From Eledone cirrhosa (taxonomy: Eukaryota): DNA of 64,000 bases. Below the pieces are notes generated by a model, which made no database searches, was not told the origin of the DNA, and saw only the letters and a program-made list of their open reading frames with translations. The translations under genes and the position numbers were made by a program. Location: contig OZ024740.1 in the NCBI GenBank assembly GCA_964016885.1, positions 354,392,001 through 354,456,000 on the forward strand. Reading direction: 5' to 3'. Shown here piece after piece: positions 1 through 12,461 of this stretch (positions are counted from its first letter, which is position 1; the number at the start of each line of letters is the position of its first letter).

Positions 1-80
1 GCATGCAGATAAAATACTCAACAAATCTATGGTTCTCTCAGTTTACATTAACTGGTCATGAAACATTTATATATACACAG

Positions 81-710
81 ATGACATGGCAAAAAGCACC
101 CAGCCCACACTGTAAAGTGGTCATGTAGGTCTCACGACAAAAAGCGCCCAGCCCACACTGTAAAGTGATCGTGTATGTGTCACGACAAATAGCTCCCAGC
201 CCACACTGTAAAGTGGTTGTGTAGGTGTCATGACAAAAAGCACCTAGCCCACACTGTAAAGTGGCCATGTAGGTTTCACGACAAAAAGCTCCCAGCTCAC
301 ATTGTAAAGTGGTCATGTAGGTTCCACGACAAAAAGCTCCCAGCCCACACTGTAAAGTTGTTGTGTAGGTGTCATGACAAAAAGCACCCAACCCATACTG
401 TAAAGTGATCGTGTATGTGTCACGACAAATAGCTCCCAGCCCACACTGTAAAGTGGTTGTGTAGGTGTCATGACAAAAAGCACCTAGCCCACACTGTAAA
501 GTGGCCATGTAGGTTTCACAACAAAAAGCTCCCAGCTCACACTGTAAAGTGGTCATGTAGGTTCCACGACAAAAAGCTCCCAGCCCACACTGTAAAGTTG
601 TTGTGTAGGTGTCATGACAAAAAGCACCTAACCCATACTGTAAAGTGATCGTGCTGGTGACAACAAAAAGTACCCAGTACTCAGTGTAAATGAGATTGGT
701 GTGAGGAAGG
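81..710 (+). repeat. 48-bp minisatellite (about 13 units) with a 240-bp higher-order duplication, derived from the RTE 3'UTR
   Basis: Unit ~AAAAAGCACCCAGCCCACACTGTAAAGTGGTCGTGTAGGTGTCACGAC. 181-420 is almost identical to 421-650. The same unit occurs 2-3 times in the RTE 3'UTR near 56870-56960. Confidence 0.92.
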
Positions 711-855
711 GATCCAGCTGTAGAAACCAAGCCAAAATTAGTTCTGTATGTGCAAGATATGGTCACCTGACCAAGCATTGCCCACAACAGGACAACCTGT
801 CTAACCTATGCTAGTGTGGAAAATTTGACATAAAACGGTGATGATGATGATGATT
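690..855 (+). mobile_element. RTE-type 3' terminus with (GAT)n tail
   Basis: GGAAGGG-ATCCAGCTGTAGAAACC...CTAACCTATGCTAGTGTGGAAAA...(GAT)n, homologous to 56960-57117. Confidence 0.8.
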
Positions 856-974
856 GAAGTCATTAGGAAGTAAAACATCGAAGATATATGATCAATCAAT
901 CTAAATACTAACAGCAGAGAATTTCACAAGCTGAATTTGAAATAAAAAAATATGAAAATTATAGCAATATTTAC

Positions 975-1068
975 CAGCCAACAACGTATCATTCTCAACA
1001 TATTTCAGACTGTCCTTCACCAAGGCAGATTCATTTGCATAAGGTTTGAATTTATCAAAATTGAAATA
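975..1068 (-). CDS. ABCA1: ABCA1-like exon (last one in the window; gene continues left)
   Basis: TTTCAG/GTAAAT ends, 94 nt. YFNFDKFKPYANESALVKDSLKYVENDTLLA(G) vs ABCA1 [32 protein letters not shown]. Confidence 0.88.
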
Positions 1069-1206
1069 CTGAAATTTTTTAAAGAGAAAAACAAATAGGA
1101 TGGAATGAATTGATATAAGTGTAAACATATAAATGATCGTCAAATTAAACAATGTGATATTGATGCAATAAAGGGTATTGCTGTTGTTTATTTATATCAA
1201 TTATTT

Positions 1207-1431
1207 TTAACCCATTAACATTTACATTACTCCATATTTACTATTATATTTTCACAGTAAAGGCTTTACCTTACATAATATCTCACATAATATTGAATTA
1301 ATGAGATTTTGATATTTATTTTGAGAACAATATCTTAACATTAATATAAGAGGTCGTTTACAGCCAGTTTGAACAGAAAGAGATGAGAGAATTCTGGCCA
1401 GATACAGCCAGTTTAAATGCTAAAGAGTTAA
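1207..1431. mobile_element. TTAA-flanked MITE, family 1 (piggyBac-like ends)
   Basis: TTAACCC(A/T)TTA(A/G)CATTTA ... TAAATGCTAAAGAGTTAA terminal inverted repeats. Homologous copies at 15767-15971, 57515-57763 and about 58875-59048. Confidence 0.7.
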
Positions 1432-1614
1432 ACATTTTTCCATAGAAATTAAGGAAAATATATACAACACATTATTTTGAGAATATCTAAGACACATTAA
1501 TTAAATTTTTAGGATTATAAATACATCATAATTTTCTAATGTTGAGAAACAAATAACATCAGAGTTAATACTTTTAATCACATTGCACTAGTTGGAATTG
1601 ATGATATTTCAATT

Positions 1615-1980
1615 AGCTTTCTTTAATCTGAAGAAGATTTTGACAGAGTACCATGATCTGTAGCCCATTAGTCTTTAAGAAAGTTAGATGTAGATGAATG
1701 ACTTGTGAAGGTAGTGTAAGCTATATACGTAGATTCTGTCAGTCAAGTAAGAATATATGAGTTTAGTGTAGAATACAATGTGCAGAAGTCAGAAGATGAC
1801 TTGTCTAACCTATACAAACATGGAAAAATAGACATAAAAATGATGATGATATTGATAATGATAGTGATGATATTGATGATAATGATGATGATGGTGATGG
1901 TGATGATGATGGTGATGGTGATGGTGATGGTGATGATGATGATGGTGCTGGTGATGATGATGATGATGATGATGATTGAT
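1615..1980 (+). mobile_element. Decayed RTE RT remnant fused to a 3' tail and a (GAT/GGT)n microsatellite
   Basis: Degenerate match to AFVDLEKAFDRVP...LRKLGVDEWLV...VSKVRI of the copy at ~49.3 kb, then a CTAACCTAT...GGAAAAATAGAC tail and triplet repeat. Confidence 0.6.
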
Positions 1981-2438
1981 TCAAACTTGTTAGAATTTAG
2001 AAGTTTTTATGGATATATCATGATTTCAAATGCTCATAGAATTGGTAGACCATTTCAATTCCACCACATCTGTTAGAATTGATAATCTTCAACTTCTCTG
2101 TTATGACATCTCAATATTTGGTAAACTCCAGAGATGACATAATTTTGAATGTTTCGTGATAGAAGGTATGTCTAAATATTCAATTTTCCTTGTCAGACTT
2201 TGCAATTTAGGTCAAGTTTACTTGTTAGAATTGATAATTTTCATATTCTTTGATATGTTAAAAAAAATTCAATTTGATGAAATCTCAAAGTTTCATGGTT
2301 GTAGATATTTTAGAATAAGATTCATTTTAGTAGTTGAAAGATCTACATTTTAAATATCCTTACAACCATGTCGCTAGGTGCATGATAAAACTACATATTG
2401 TTTAATGATCAATTTTATATATTGAAACGGTTTTTAAC

Positions 2439-2662
2439 TTAACCCTTTTGATAGCAAACTGCCTGAAACTACCACTGGTTCTAGGATATGAAAGCACTTT
2501 ATTTAGAATGTTTATATTTATCTAAAAGCCTTCCATCATAATTTTATGTAAGAACTTTTGTTATATTCCAAACACCAGCTTGATAAAGTGAAAGCTAGTT
2601 ATTTTACTAAAATTATTCTTATAGAGTGTCTTCTATTAAAAATATGGTAACAAAAAGGGTAA
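2439..2662. mobile_element. TTAA-flanked MITE, family 2
   Basis: TTAACCCTTTTGATA ... GGTAACAAAAAGGGTAA. Related copies at 16194-16496, about 43684-43897 and about 50717-50870. Confidence 0.6.
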
Positions 2663-4568
2663 CATAATAAACAGTAAGAACATTTTAAGGGATAATGAAA
2701 ACTAAAAAAACAACAACAATTTCTGAAATGTTTTCTTTGTTTTATAAATTAAATATTTTAAAACTTAAGAATTTAACCTCCCCCATCACCTTTTTTTCTA
2801 ATTTCAAATTATTTACTTTTTTGCAAACATGACTGAAAATATGATAAAGTGGTAATGATGATAATATATTTGCATATTTTTATATGTCAAGCAAAACAGT
2901 AAAAAATATTTTTAAATGTGATAAGTTTGGTGTATCTAACAATGTTTTTTTCCATTAAAAAGATTTCTCAAAGATTTGTGTTATGTTTTCGGATACTATT
3001 CTTGTCTAACAAAATTAGATCATTTGATATAAGAAGAAAAAAATTATCCATAATAATTACATTTAGGAAAGTAAAATGAAAACATTATAAATAAGCTGAG
3101 AACATTATAAAGAAGCTATCTATAAAACATAAGGTATAGAATGTTAGATAATAGAACTAAATCAAATAAACAGAAAAAATTCAATATTCTATAAATAAAT
3201 AAAACAATTTATTAGTTCCAATATTGGTACATAGAAAATCCATTATTGTTTTCCTATATACAACATTTTTCAGACTAAAAATCAGTTCATCAGCAATTAT
3301 ATTGATTGCTTTTAACTAGGTATAGATCTATTTTGCTGGGGAAGCAGGATATAGTTAATTCAATAAGTTCCAAGATAATACTAGTACCTATTTACTGATC
3401 CTAAATTGATGAAAGTAGGATTTGAACACAGAATATAGAAGGATAAAGCTAAATACTAGATGGGATTTACTCTGTCAGTCAACTGTTTCTGCTATCTCGT
3501 CAACCTAATTAGTTAATGATTATATTAACATGCAACTCATAACAGTTAATAACTTCTAAAAAAGAAGAGTCATCCTGGAAAATTCTATTTTCTTTTAATT
3601 CTTTTCATAATTTCACCTGTTGAAATAATTGCTTTTCAATCATTTTTTCTGATGGCCACAAATTAGCAGAGTCATTAGACTGTCAGATTTGTTCTGGCTC
3701 ACTGCATGCTGAGTTCAGATCTCACTGCTTAATTTTGCCTTTCATTCTTTTTCTTTTTTTTGTGGGGAGAGGGGGGCGGGGGTAAATAAAGTAGCAGTCC
3801 AGAACTCATAGATTACTAGAGGTGTTAAAGAGTCGAGCAAGATATGGCTCTGAGTATTCTGAATTTAGATCCCACCTCCTTCTGCAAAGAGCTGTGACTG
3901 GTAGATAGTGTCAGCAATGGAAATATAGTTTCCTTTATCTGATTTGACGATTGGCTCCTTTCTTTTCTTTTTATTTTTCGTTTTTTTATCTTTTTTTAAC
4001 TGCTTCAATACAGATTTAGTATAAGCCTATACAGTTGTAGCACATTATAATGCTTACATAACAAATTACATGTGATCTCAAGCTACATGTGTATGCATAA
4101 ATTCTTTTCATCATTATGTATGTCATGATCTAATACTGAAGTGAAATTGAGGCAGCATGCAGCCAATGTACGATTAATATAAATGCCCAATAAAACGAGA
4201 AAAAATTCTAAAACTCCAAAATGGACAGACTTCAAAAGATAATGCTTATTGTGCAGTAAATGATAAAGTCTAACATCCCCAATCCTGGAATGATGTATCA
4301 CATTATTGTCAACAATACAGTAAAGATGTTACATGTTCAGAATGAACAAAAAATTACATAAATAGAAAATGAATATTTCATTTATTTTTTACCTATACAA
4401 AAAAAAAAACATAAAAAACTAGAAATAAGTAAATATACAAGAAAATATACTTTTCAAATATTATTAAGAAACAATCATTTTAAAATAATGTAGTTATCAT
4501 CAACATTTTAAGTCCAATTTTCAATGCTGGCATGGAATAATATCAAATTTAATAAATATGATAAATAC

Positions 4569-4778
4569 CTTAGCATACTTGTTCAACATTTTCACAAGAT
4601 AAAAAGTATTGTTCAGAGGTTTTTCCCAAGTATACTTTGAAATATTATCTGTATTTTCTTCTTTCATCAGTAAAAATTTGGTTATATTATTGCGGCAAAA
4701 AGAAGTAGAATTAAAGTAATCCCTTTGAAGGAATGGAGGTATATTTATTTTCTGACTTTGGTTAGAGCAAAGTAATGT
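4569..4778 (-). CDS. ABCA1: ABCA1-like exon (ECD1, YTW motif)
   Basis: CATTTCAG/GTATTT ends, 210 nt. TLLCSNQ...SFCRNNITKFLL...KYTWEKPLNNTFYLVKMLNKYAK vs ABCA1 [23 protein letters not shown]. Phase 0 to 0. Confidence 0.88.
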
Positions 4779-5939
4779 CTGAAATGAAGAAGTTAAGAAA
4801 AATAAAATTTATGAAAATTCTACAAATACATGTTATTAAAGTTTTAATAGGTTTCATTAAATATATTAATATTGCAAACTATGTTAGAATGCTTTTATTT
4901 AGCAAGCATTTAGGTAAATTCACCTGATATTATATCTTTCTGAGTATGACTGCCAAAAAGTTTCTCTCATCCCCCCAAAACATAGTCATTAATAGTGGAT
5001 TCAGCCATCAATCACAGGTCATATTTCCAGATCTCTAATATATTCCTAACAGTTAGGTAAACTAAGGCTGTGGGGAGACAAGTCTAAAGGTTATTTTAAT
5101 TTCTCTCTCTCCCCTCTCTTACTCTTTCTGCAATTATAACATTGTGTTTTATATCCTGTATCTATTTTATTTTTCTGAACAATAGAGCTATTGTTGTTGT
5201 TATTGTTGTAGTTGGTATTACTGTTATGTTATTACACCAAAGTGTACAGTTTAGAAACACTATATATCAACATAGTTGCAGTGGATATGAACTCACAACT
5301 ATTAAGTTTGCAGTCCAATAGCCTATTCACTGAACTACTGCACCTATTTCTTCCTTGATATCACTGTTCATCAGAAGAATTCAGTATATAATATAAAAAA
5401 TAAAGGTTTTTGTTATTTACATAAATTAGGAAAAGATGAACAAATTGCAGAAAGAAAGTAATCACAGAAAAGAAAACCCCCCAAAAAGTTGGAGATATGC
5501 ACACTCAGTTACAAGCCACAATACATTTCCCATCTCAGTCATGTTGCTTTCCTGTCACATGGTCCTGAGTTCCAGCCCTACATTTGTCCCTGTAAATAGT
5601 CATTTCTCCAAAGTTACTCATAAATTCAATCCTGTATGTCATTTGAACATATATGCTGGATATTTACGTAAATATATCCTAGAACTAAATTATTAAAATA
5701 TCAATCTTATCTTTAATCATTTCCACCAGTCAGTAATCAACAGAAACTATGTTTTCTCTCATGCAAGCCATTCATTTATCAAAATGCAAATTTTCCCATC
5801 TATATGATTGTTCATAAATCTAATAATCCCAATATGTATGGCATAACAATCCTGGATTCCAAAAATTAAATACATTCAATTTTATGGCATAAAAGAAATA
5901 ACAAATTTCTATATTTATAAAAGCTTAAGCTTCACCTAC

Positions 5940-6047
5940 CAGTATCTTACTGAGGCTCCGTAAGTTCTTAAAAATATTATCCGGGTTATTTGCAGCTTCC
6001 ACCAATTCACTGAAAACATTTCTTATATTTACAAAGCCTTCACTTGC
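5940..6047 (-). CDS. ABCA1: ABCA1-like exon (ECD1)
   Basis: CTTTCAG/GTAGGT ends, 108 nt, ASEGFVNIRNVFSELVEAANNPDNIFKNLRSLSKIL, phase 0 to 0. Confidence 0.8.
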
Positions 6048-6686
6048 CTGAAAGATTATACAACATTTACTATATTAAAATACATTAGTTTCACGTATTA
6101 TCTAATTTAAAAAAAAAAAACTGTTTATGAAATTCTGAAATAATTATAACAAAATATATATTTTGAAGATAATTTTTAATTATATTTGTTATAAATAAAG
6201 CTTGTTCTTTAGCCCACCATCATTCTTTTAATATATATATATTTGTGCGTACATGTGAAGTGTGTGTGTGTGTGTTTATGTTTATGAAAATGTGTGTGTA
6301 TATCAGTGAGTGACTGTATTTAATACGGCCAGAGCAGAGAAAGAACAGAAGAATTTTTGGTTTAGGTTCAGGTCAGATTCTTTATTTTCAATACCAGATT
6401 TTGACTGGCCTTTTCCTTTTTGTGCCAGCCGCCACCAAGGCCTCCAGTGTCCTCAATCCATAGACTGCCATTTTCCTCTGCAAAACCAGGAAAGCAACTT
6501 GCCTGAGGAAAGAGCTTTATGAATTCAAGTGTCTGATGCAGCAGACAACACTGGCTGTTCTCTGCAGCAATGTTTTCACAATCTTGTCCACAGGACATAG
6601 CTGAGATGCACCACCTAGTGTAAAGTTTTCCTCCTCCTCATATCGTTTTTTATGTCTCTTTTTTCTTTTTTCAAATATATACAATA

Positions 6687-7534
6687 TTATACCACTATTA
6701 GCCGCTAAAGGGTTCTCTCTAAAAATGAAAGGCAGGTTGTATGATGCCTGCATACGAACAGCAATGTTTCATGGCAGTGAGACCTGGGCATTGTGTGCAG
6801 AGGATATATGCAGACTGAAGAGGAACGAAGCTTGCATGCTCCGCTGGATGTGTAATATACGTGAACGGCAAAGCATAAACCAACTAAGGGAAAAATTAGA
6901 AATAAGAGGGATCAGATGTTGTTTACTCGAGAGAAGACTACGTTGGTATGGTCACGTGATGCGCATGAAAGACGACAGCTGTATAAAAAAGTGCAGGGCA
7001 ATAAAAATAGACGGTAGCCACGGAGTAGGCAGACCCAGAAAAACCTGGGACGACTTGATAAATTCCGACCTCACACACTTACACCTCTCCAAGACAGTGT
7101 CACTGGACTGATATCTTTGGCGCTACACAGTAATACAGAAGACCCGCCTTACCTAAGTACAAAGTGAAACCTACTACAGTCAGTAGGCACCTCTAACAAA
7201 ATACACCCCGTCCCACTACCCCCACCCCATCCACACCACCCCTTTCAATGTAAAGTTATGTTGGTACCACAACATCCAGCCCGAAACAAATGAGGTTGTG
7301 TAGGTGTCACGACAAAAAAACACACAGTCCACGCTGTAATGTGGCCGTGTAGGTAACACGGTAAAAACCTCCCAGTCCACACTGTAAATGTGGTTGGTGT
7401 TAGGAAGGGCATCCAGCCGTAGAAAACCCGCCAGACAGTCCTATACAAACAAGACAACCACTCTTGCCTCAAGTGGGAAAACTCCCGTCCAAACCCATGC
7501 AAGCGTGGAATATGGACGTTAAACGATGATGATG
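6687..7534 (+). mobile_element. 5'-truncated RTE-clade LINE (copy A)
   Basis: Encodes MKGRLYDACIRTAM..GSETW...RRLRWYGHVMRM...GRPRKTW (RTE C-terminus). Premature TGA at 7109, then 3'UTR and (GAT)n tail. Confidence 0.92.
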
Positions 7535-7964
7535 AATATGAAATTTGGAATCAATAAAATTTACTCGAAGTTTCGAAATACAAAACAACCTCAAGCACTC
7601 TCTTAACCATTCTCGCCCTTCCTCTCTAGCAAACTGACAACCAAACTACCATATATGATACTATAATAGATAAAAGTTGGAAGTCAACTTTAGGAAGAAA
7701 TATTCCAAATTCAATTCTAGCTCCAAGATATCTGTAAGAGTATGAGATGTGATTAGATATGAGAATGATTAAATTATAGTATAGATAGTAACATAGAAGA
7801 TGAGGTTAATCAGTAAAGACACTCTATGCTAATAATATGTCATCTCAAAATTACAGACATCGAGCAGAATCACTTTTAATGTTTTAACTTGAAACTTTAT
7901 TTAGAACAACTTGATTATCCCTACAAAAAATGGAAGTTGGTACTTTCATCACATTTTGTATTGT

Positions 7965-8300
7965 GAAGGTACGTGGCTGAGTGGTTACGGTGCTTAGCTC
8001 ATGATTTTAAGACTGAGTTCAATTCCCAGTGTCATGTTGTGACTTTGAGCAAGACACTTTATTTCATATTTCTCCAGTCCACTGAGCTGACAAAAATGAG
8101 TTGTACCTGTAATTCAAAGAGCCAACTTTTGTCACATACTGAATCTCTCTGAGAACTACATTATGGCTACACATATCTGTTTGCACGTTAATTTCAGGAG
8201 CATGCTGTTCTATTGATTGAATCAACTCAAACACTTGCCTTTGGAATTGACAGAAGTCAAACACACACACACACAATATTGTTTTAAAACAACCTTCTAT
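7965..8300 (+). mobile_element. tRNA-derived SINE, second family (older)
   Basis: A-box-like TGGCTGAGTGG, B-box-like GAGTTCAATTCCC, core TTGAGCAAGACACTTTATTTC...CCAGTCCACT.AGCTG. Related copies at about 10826-11060 and 24895-25310. Confidence 0.65.
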
Positions 8301-10095
8301 CAAGACAATGAAGGAGGTCTTTATGTCATTACTTAGATTATTAAAGATAGCAACTAAATTTCTTTAAAATCACACAGTATTGACACTAATCCAATTGAAA
8401 ATACCTGGTTCTATAAAACAAAATCACCTATTTTAATTGATTCCTATTTAAGTTTAACATTCCAACATATATTTCAACTTTTGTTAAATTATGTTACAGA
8501 TATCTGAATGAAATAATAATATTAGTAAATTCCTTCCCAATTATTCATTGATTAATTGAAGCACTGTGTATTTCATTAGAAATATGGTAATAGAATGGTT
8601 ACATAAGAAAAGAACAATCTAGATAATATAGTCCAAGATAACCTTGTGGGAAGGTCTAGAATGGAATGTCTTCAATCATAGGACTACTCAAAGTTGATTT
8701 GAGGTTAAACAACAGCAGTAAAAATATTCTTTTTTATATACTCTAGAGAAACAATGATTTTCATATTCAGAAAAATGTTAAGAGATATTCAACTTATTTT
8801 CAATGAATGCTAAAGAATATCAGATATATAAACTTGTTAAATGCATGAACTCAAATATTCCACAAATAATTAAAACATTTTTTTTCTGTTATCTTATTTT
8901 TGTTTCCCAAAACAACATATGGTTGAGGTAGACTAATATGATAATATCTTTAATAAAAGATTCAAAAGTTATACTTTGTGTCAAAAGTTGACACATCAAA
9001 TAATTACACATCCAGATATTTTCTTTCCTTTTTAACCATATTTAAACATTTTTTTAAATGTTATATTTTCAAGAAGACACATTCTGCTGTTAACATTAAT
9101 CAAACTGCTTTATAAATGTTCACAATGTTATAAGAATAACAAATTTTCAGTTGAGCCTATTTGTTTTGTTTTCTAAGACACTAGTTATTTTGAGATGAAA
9201 CTTTTGAAGGAAAGGATAATGGCAGTGGCAACTCCAGCACTCAGGCTATCCAGGCATAGTCCAAGTAGCTCAATTTTAATGCCCAAGTTAATATCTCATA
9301 ATGCTACATTCATTCTTGACAAGTAATATTTACTTGAACTCAAAAGCCTGACTTAGACTGACAAATTCCTGTTTGAACTATTAAGAATAAAATAATCCTA
9401 AATTGTTTTCAGTTCACTACTTTACAAAGTAATATAGCTTTATAATGTTACATGAACAAAATCTAATCATGTTAGTTCAGGCTCATAAAATCTAACCCAG
9501 TAAAATGAACAAGCTGTATGATCAAAAAGAGTCATGTGTGAAGAGGTTTAAAGCTCGTTGTGTGTCTTTGATCTGTGACTGCTCCAGCTTGAGTAATCTT
9601 GACTAAACTAGAATCACCATTGAATTTTGGTAATTCAATTATAATTGGATTTATTTTTAAACTTTGCTCATATAGACGATACATCTAGATACAATATTTT
9701 CTAGTATCACAGTTCAAAGGCCTGAAGAGAGCCTTACAAAAATAAGGTAGCTTCTATAAATGATAAACAAGACTGAAGGACATGGAAATAATTGTTTCTA
9801 CTTTAGGCACAAGGCCAGCAATTATCCAGTGCATTACTGGTACTGGAAATAATGATGGCACCAACAATGTAGAGTTGTTATTTCTTGCACATCTCAAATC
9901 TAGAGCTTTCACTTATTTTATGTACATTTTGCATTACTAATTAATACTTTAATTGTTACTATGTTGACTTCTTGGACTATATAAATGGTATTTAATAAGT
10001 CACAATGGAATGAATTCATAAACAGCAAAAAATATTTAAAATATTAAAAATTCTTTAAATCTTCAAGATTTAGAAATCTAAGAGGTAATACTTGC

Positions 10096-10238
10096 CTTCT
10101 TTATCATTTTTTTAACAATAGGAGCATCAGGAGCATAGGGTATTACACCTAACATGACAGATTTTAGCACATTTTTCCACAAAAAACGAGTAAATGGGTT
10201 ATCTTCAAGGGATTTCAAAACATCTTTATAGAAATCAG
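10096..10238 (-). CDS. ABCA1: ABCA1-like exon (ECD1), ends at a GC donor
   Basis: TTTTAG acceptor, 143 nt. (S)DFYKDVLKSLEDNPFTRFLWKNVLKSVMLGVIPYAPDAPIVKKMIKK vs ABCA1 [46 protein letters not shown]. Donor is AAG|GCAAGT. Confidence 0.9.
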
Positions 10239-12187
10239 CTAAAATATAATTATAAATTAAGATGAAATTTATTTTCAGTTTATTAAGACACAAGTTGTTT
10301 AGTGATTATATAAACAAAGGACAGCCTTTATGACTGCCCAACATATCTATGTAATCTTACTTTGTTTACTCATACAATGATAGTTTAGACCTGTAGGTAT
10401 GTTCATCATGATATCAAAAACAACAAACAATGTTTGTGCATCAGTAATTTATTCATCTAGAAAAAGTATTGTTATACTTAGCAAAAAACAAAGAAACAAA
10501 CAAAGAAAACAATTCAATATTCAACTAAATTTTGATGGAGAGAATATTGTCAATGGATATCATCTAAGTTAATTTACTAGTTTGTTTTTTCATCAAAATT
10601 TAGACATATAGAAGGAAACTTCTGCTCTGGCCAGATTTCATTTTAGAATAATTTTCTGCTATTACAAAGAAAGAAAGAAAAAAACTAGCAATAACAATAA
10701 ATGTGAGATGTCAAAATGGTCAAAACAATAGAATGCAAAACTAAAGACCTTATAGTATTTAGTTTGACTTTTTTTTTTACCATCTTCACAGCTCACCTCT
10801 TTTGTAATAACAGAAATGTATAGTGAGAATACATAGCCTAGTGCTTAGGGTGTTGGATTCACGATCATAAGGTCGTGAATTTGTTTCCTGGACTAGGTAA
10901 TATGTTGTGTCCTTGAGCAAGATACTTCATTTCATGCTGCTCTAGCCCATTCAGCTAAAAACAGAAAAATAAGTACTAACAGCAGCAGAGAGTTAACCCC
11001 TGCAATTAACTGTTGCCAATGGAGAGTCATTTTGTGATAAAATTGGAGCTCCTTCCAAAAACCTCCTGTGAGATAAAACTTTGTAAGAGGACAGCTAAAC
11101 CTACATAAATGTAAACTGCAAGTAAAAAAATTAAGGAACAAAAATAACAGAGGTTTGTCTTACAATTTTTACAAAGCAAAACTGTAAATTATAACTGTAA
11201 CTTGTAAATATGTATTTATTCTTTTATTTATTTTAATTAGAAAAAACGTTTTTAAAGATGCAAGAATATTTTCATGAGTTGTGATGACAGTGTGAAAATA
11301 AATTTACACTTAATAAGAAATCAATTTTTTGATACATACAAATATATATTTTTTTTATCTTGTACAGTTATATCTTATATTTTTCTGTGCAGATATTATT
11401 TTAAATCCTTAAGTATGCTAAAGATCATTAGTATAAATATGATGTTTAATGTTTTATTTATTTATTTTGGGGTGGGGGTGGGGGTACATACTGAATGGGC
11501 AAATTCAATTAAATTAACTTCATTTTACAACTGCTATTTATTCTATTGCATTTGCTTCGATGAAAATTAAAGTCAACCACACAAGATTTGATTTCAGAAT
11601 TGAGAGGTTAAAAATCTACAATACATTTGGTTCAGTATTCTGCTGTCTTGGCCTTTTTTGTCACCTCTATTTCTTCTAACACTGATTTCTTTGGGTTGCA
11701 TTAATTTCACTTATGTTGCCCAAGAGAAGCATGAATGCTATAAAATCTTATTTCCATTTGCATCTATATCTGAGTATTTTCACTGATGGAAAAAAAGATC
11801 TACTGGTCTTTTCTTTGATCCCAAATGCATCTATTTAAGAATTCATTTCAGAATAACTTATAATTAGCGGTAAGTGTGTGTGTGTTTGATTGTTGGTAAG
11901 TAGGACAGTGATAAATGACTGAACTACTTCAGTAAATTATTGATATCTATCCATTGTACTAAACACAAAGTCAAACCTTCCTGGCAGGATTTAAAATTTG
12001 AATGTATGTAAAGAAATGAGACTATATAATGTGAAGTATTTATGTCCAATGCTCTACTGTTTCAAAGAATTCTGTCCCAACAGAAATCACTCAAATTTAT
12101 ATTAATAAAACCAATGGAAACCATAATAAAACAAAGAAAAAATGTCTACTTTGTAAGAATATTTATTTGATAGGACATTTTACTTAC

Positions 12188-12461
12188 ATACTGAGTCATC
12201 TAGATCATCAAAATTCCTTTCTACAGCTGGTCGGCTACGGTAATCCTGTAATCTTTGAGCAATTTTCGACTGCTGGTAGCCAGAAAATTTAAAAGTAGTA
12301 TTCCGACCACAGAACACATTACTAATACTGTTCAGAACAGCAGTAGAATTAACAGAACCATTTGTAAAAGATTGTGGATTAAAATTCATTATCTGATCAG
12401 TGATCTCATTCCAATTGGTGAATAGTTTTCCCAGATATTCCATTTCTTGGACACTTTTTGA
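12188..12461 (-). CDS. ABCA1: ABCA1-like exon (ECD1, xCG motif)
   Basis: TTTCTCAG/GTAAGT ends, 274 nt. SKSVQEMEYL...NWNEITDQIM...NSISNVFCGRN...DDSV vs ABCA1 SWSDMRQEVM...AVSRIVCGH. Phase 0 to 1. Confidence 0.92.

Noticed and set aside
81-710. CRISPR-like array, or the 243-aa repeat ORF at 56-787
   Set aside because: Units are contiguous with no unique spacers, and there are no cas genes. The unit comes from the LINE 3'UTR, and the ORF follows from a 48-bp period without stops.
1780-2076. Poly-Met ORF
   Set aside because: Translation of the (GAT/GGT)n retroelement tail.
5945-5951. Alternative donor CTCA|GTAAGA for the 108-nt exon
   Set aside because: It gives phase 2, which does not fit the phase-0 start of exon 4778. 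The donor at 5939 keeps the frame.
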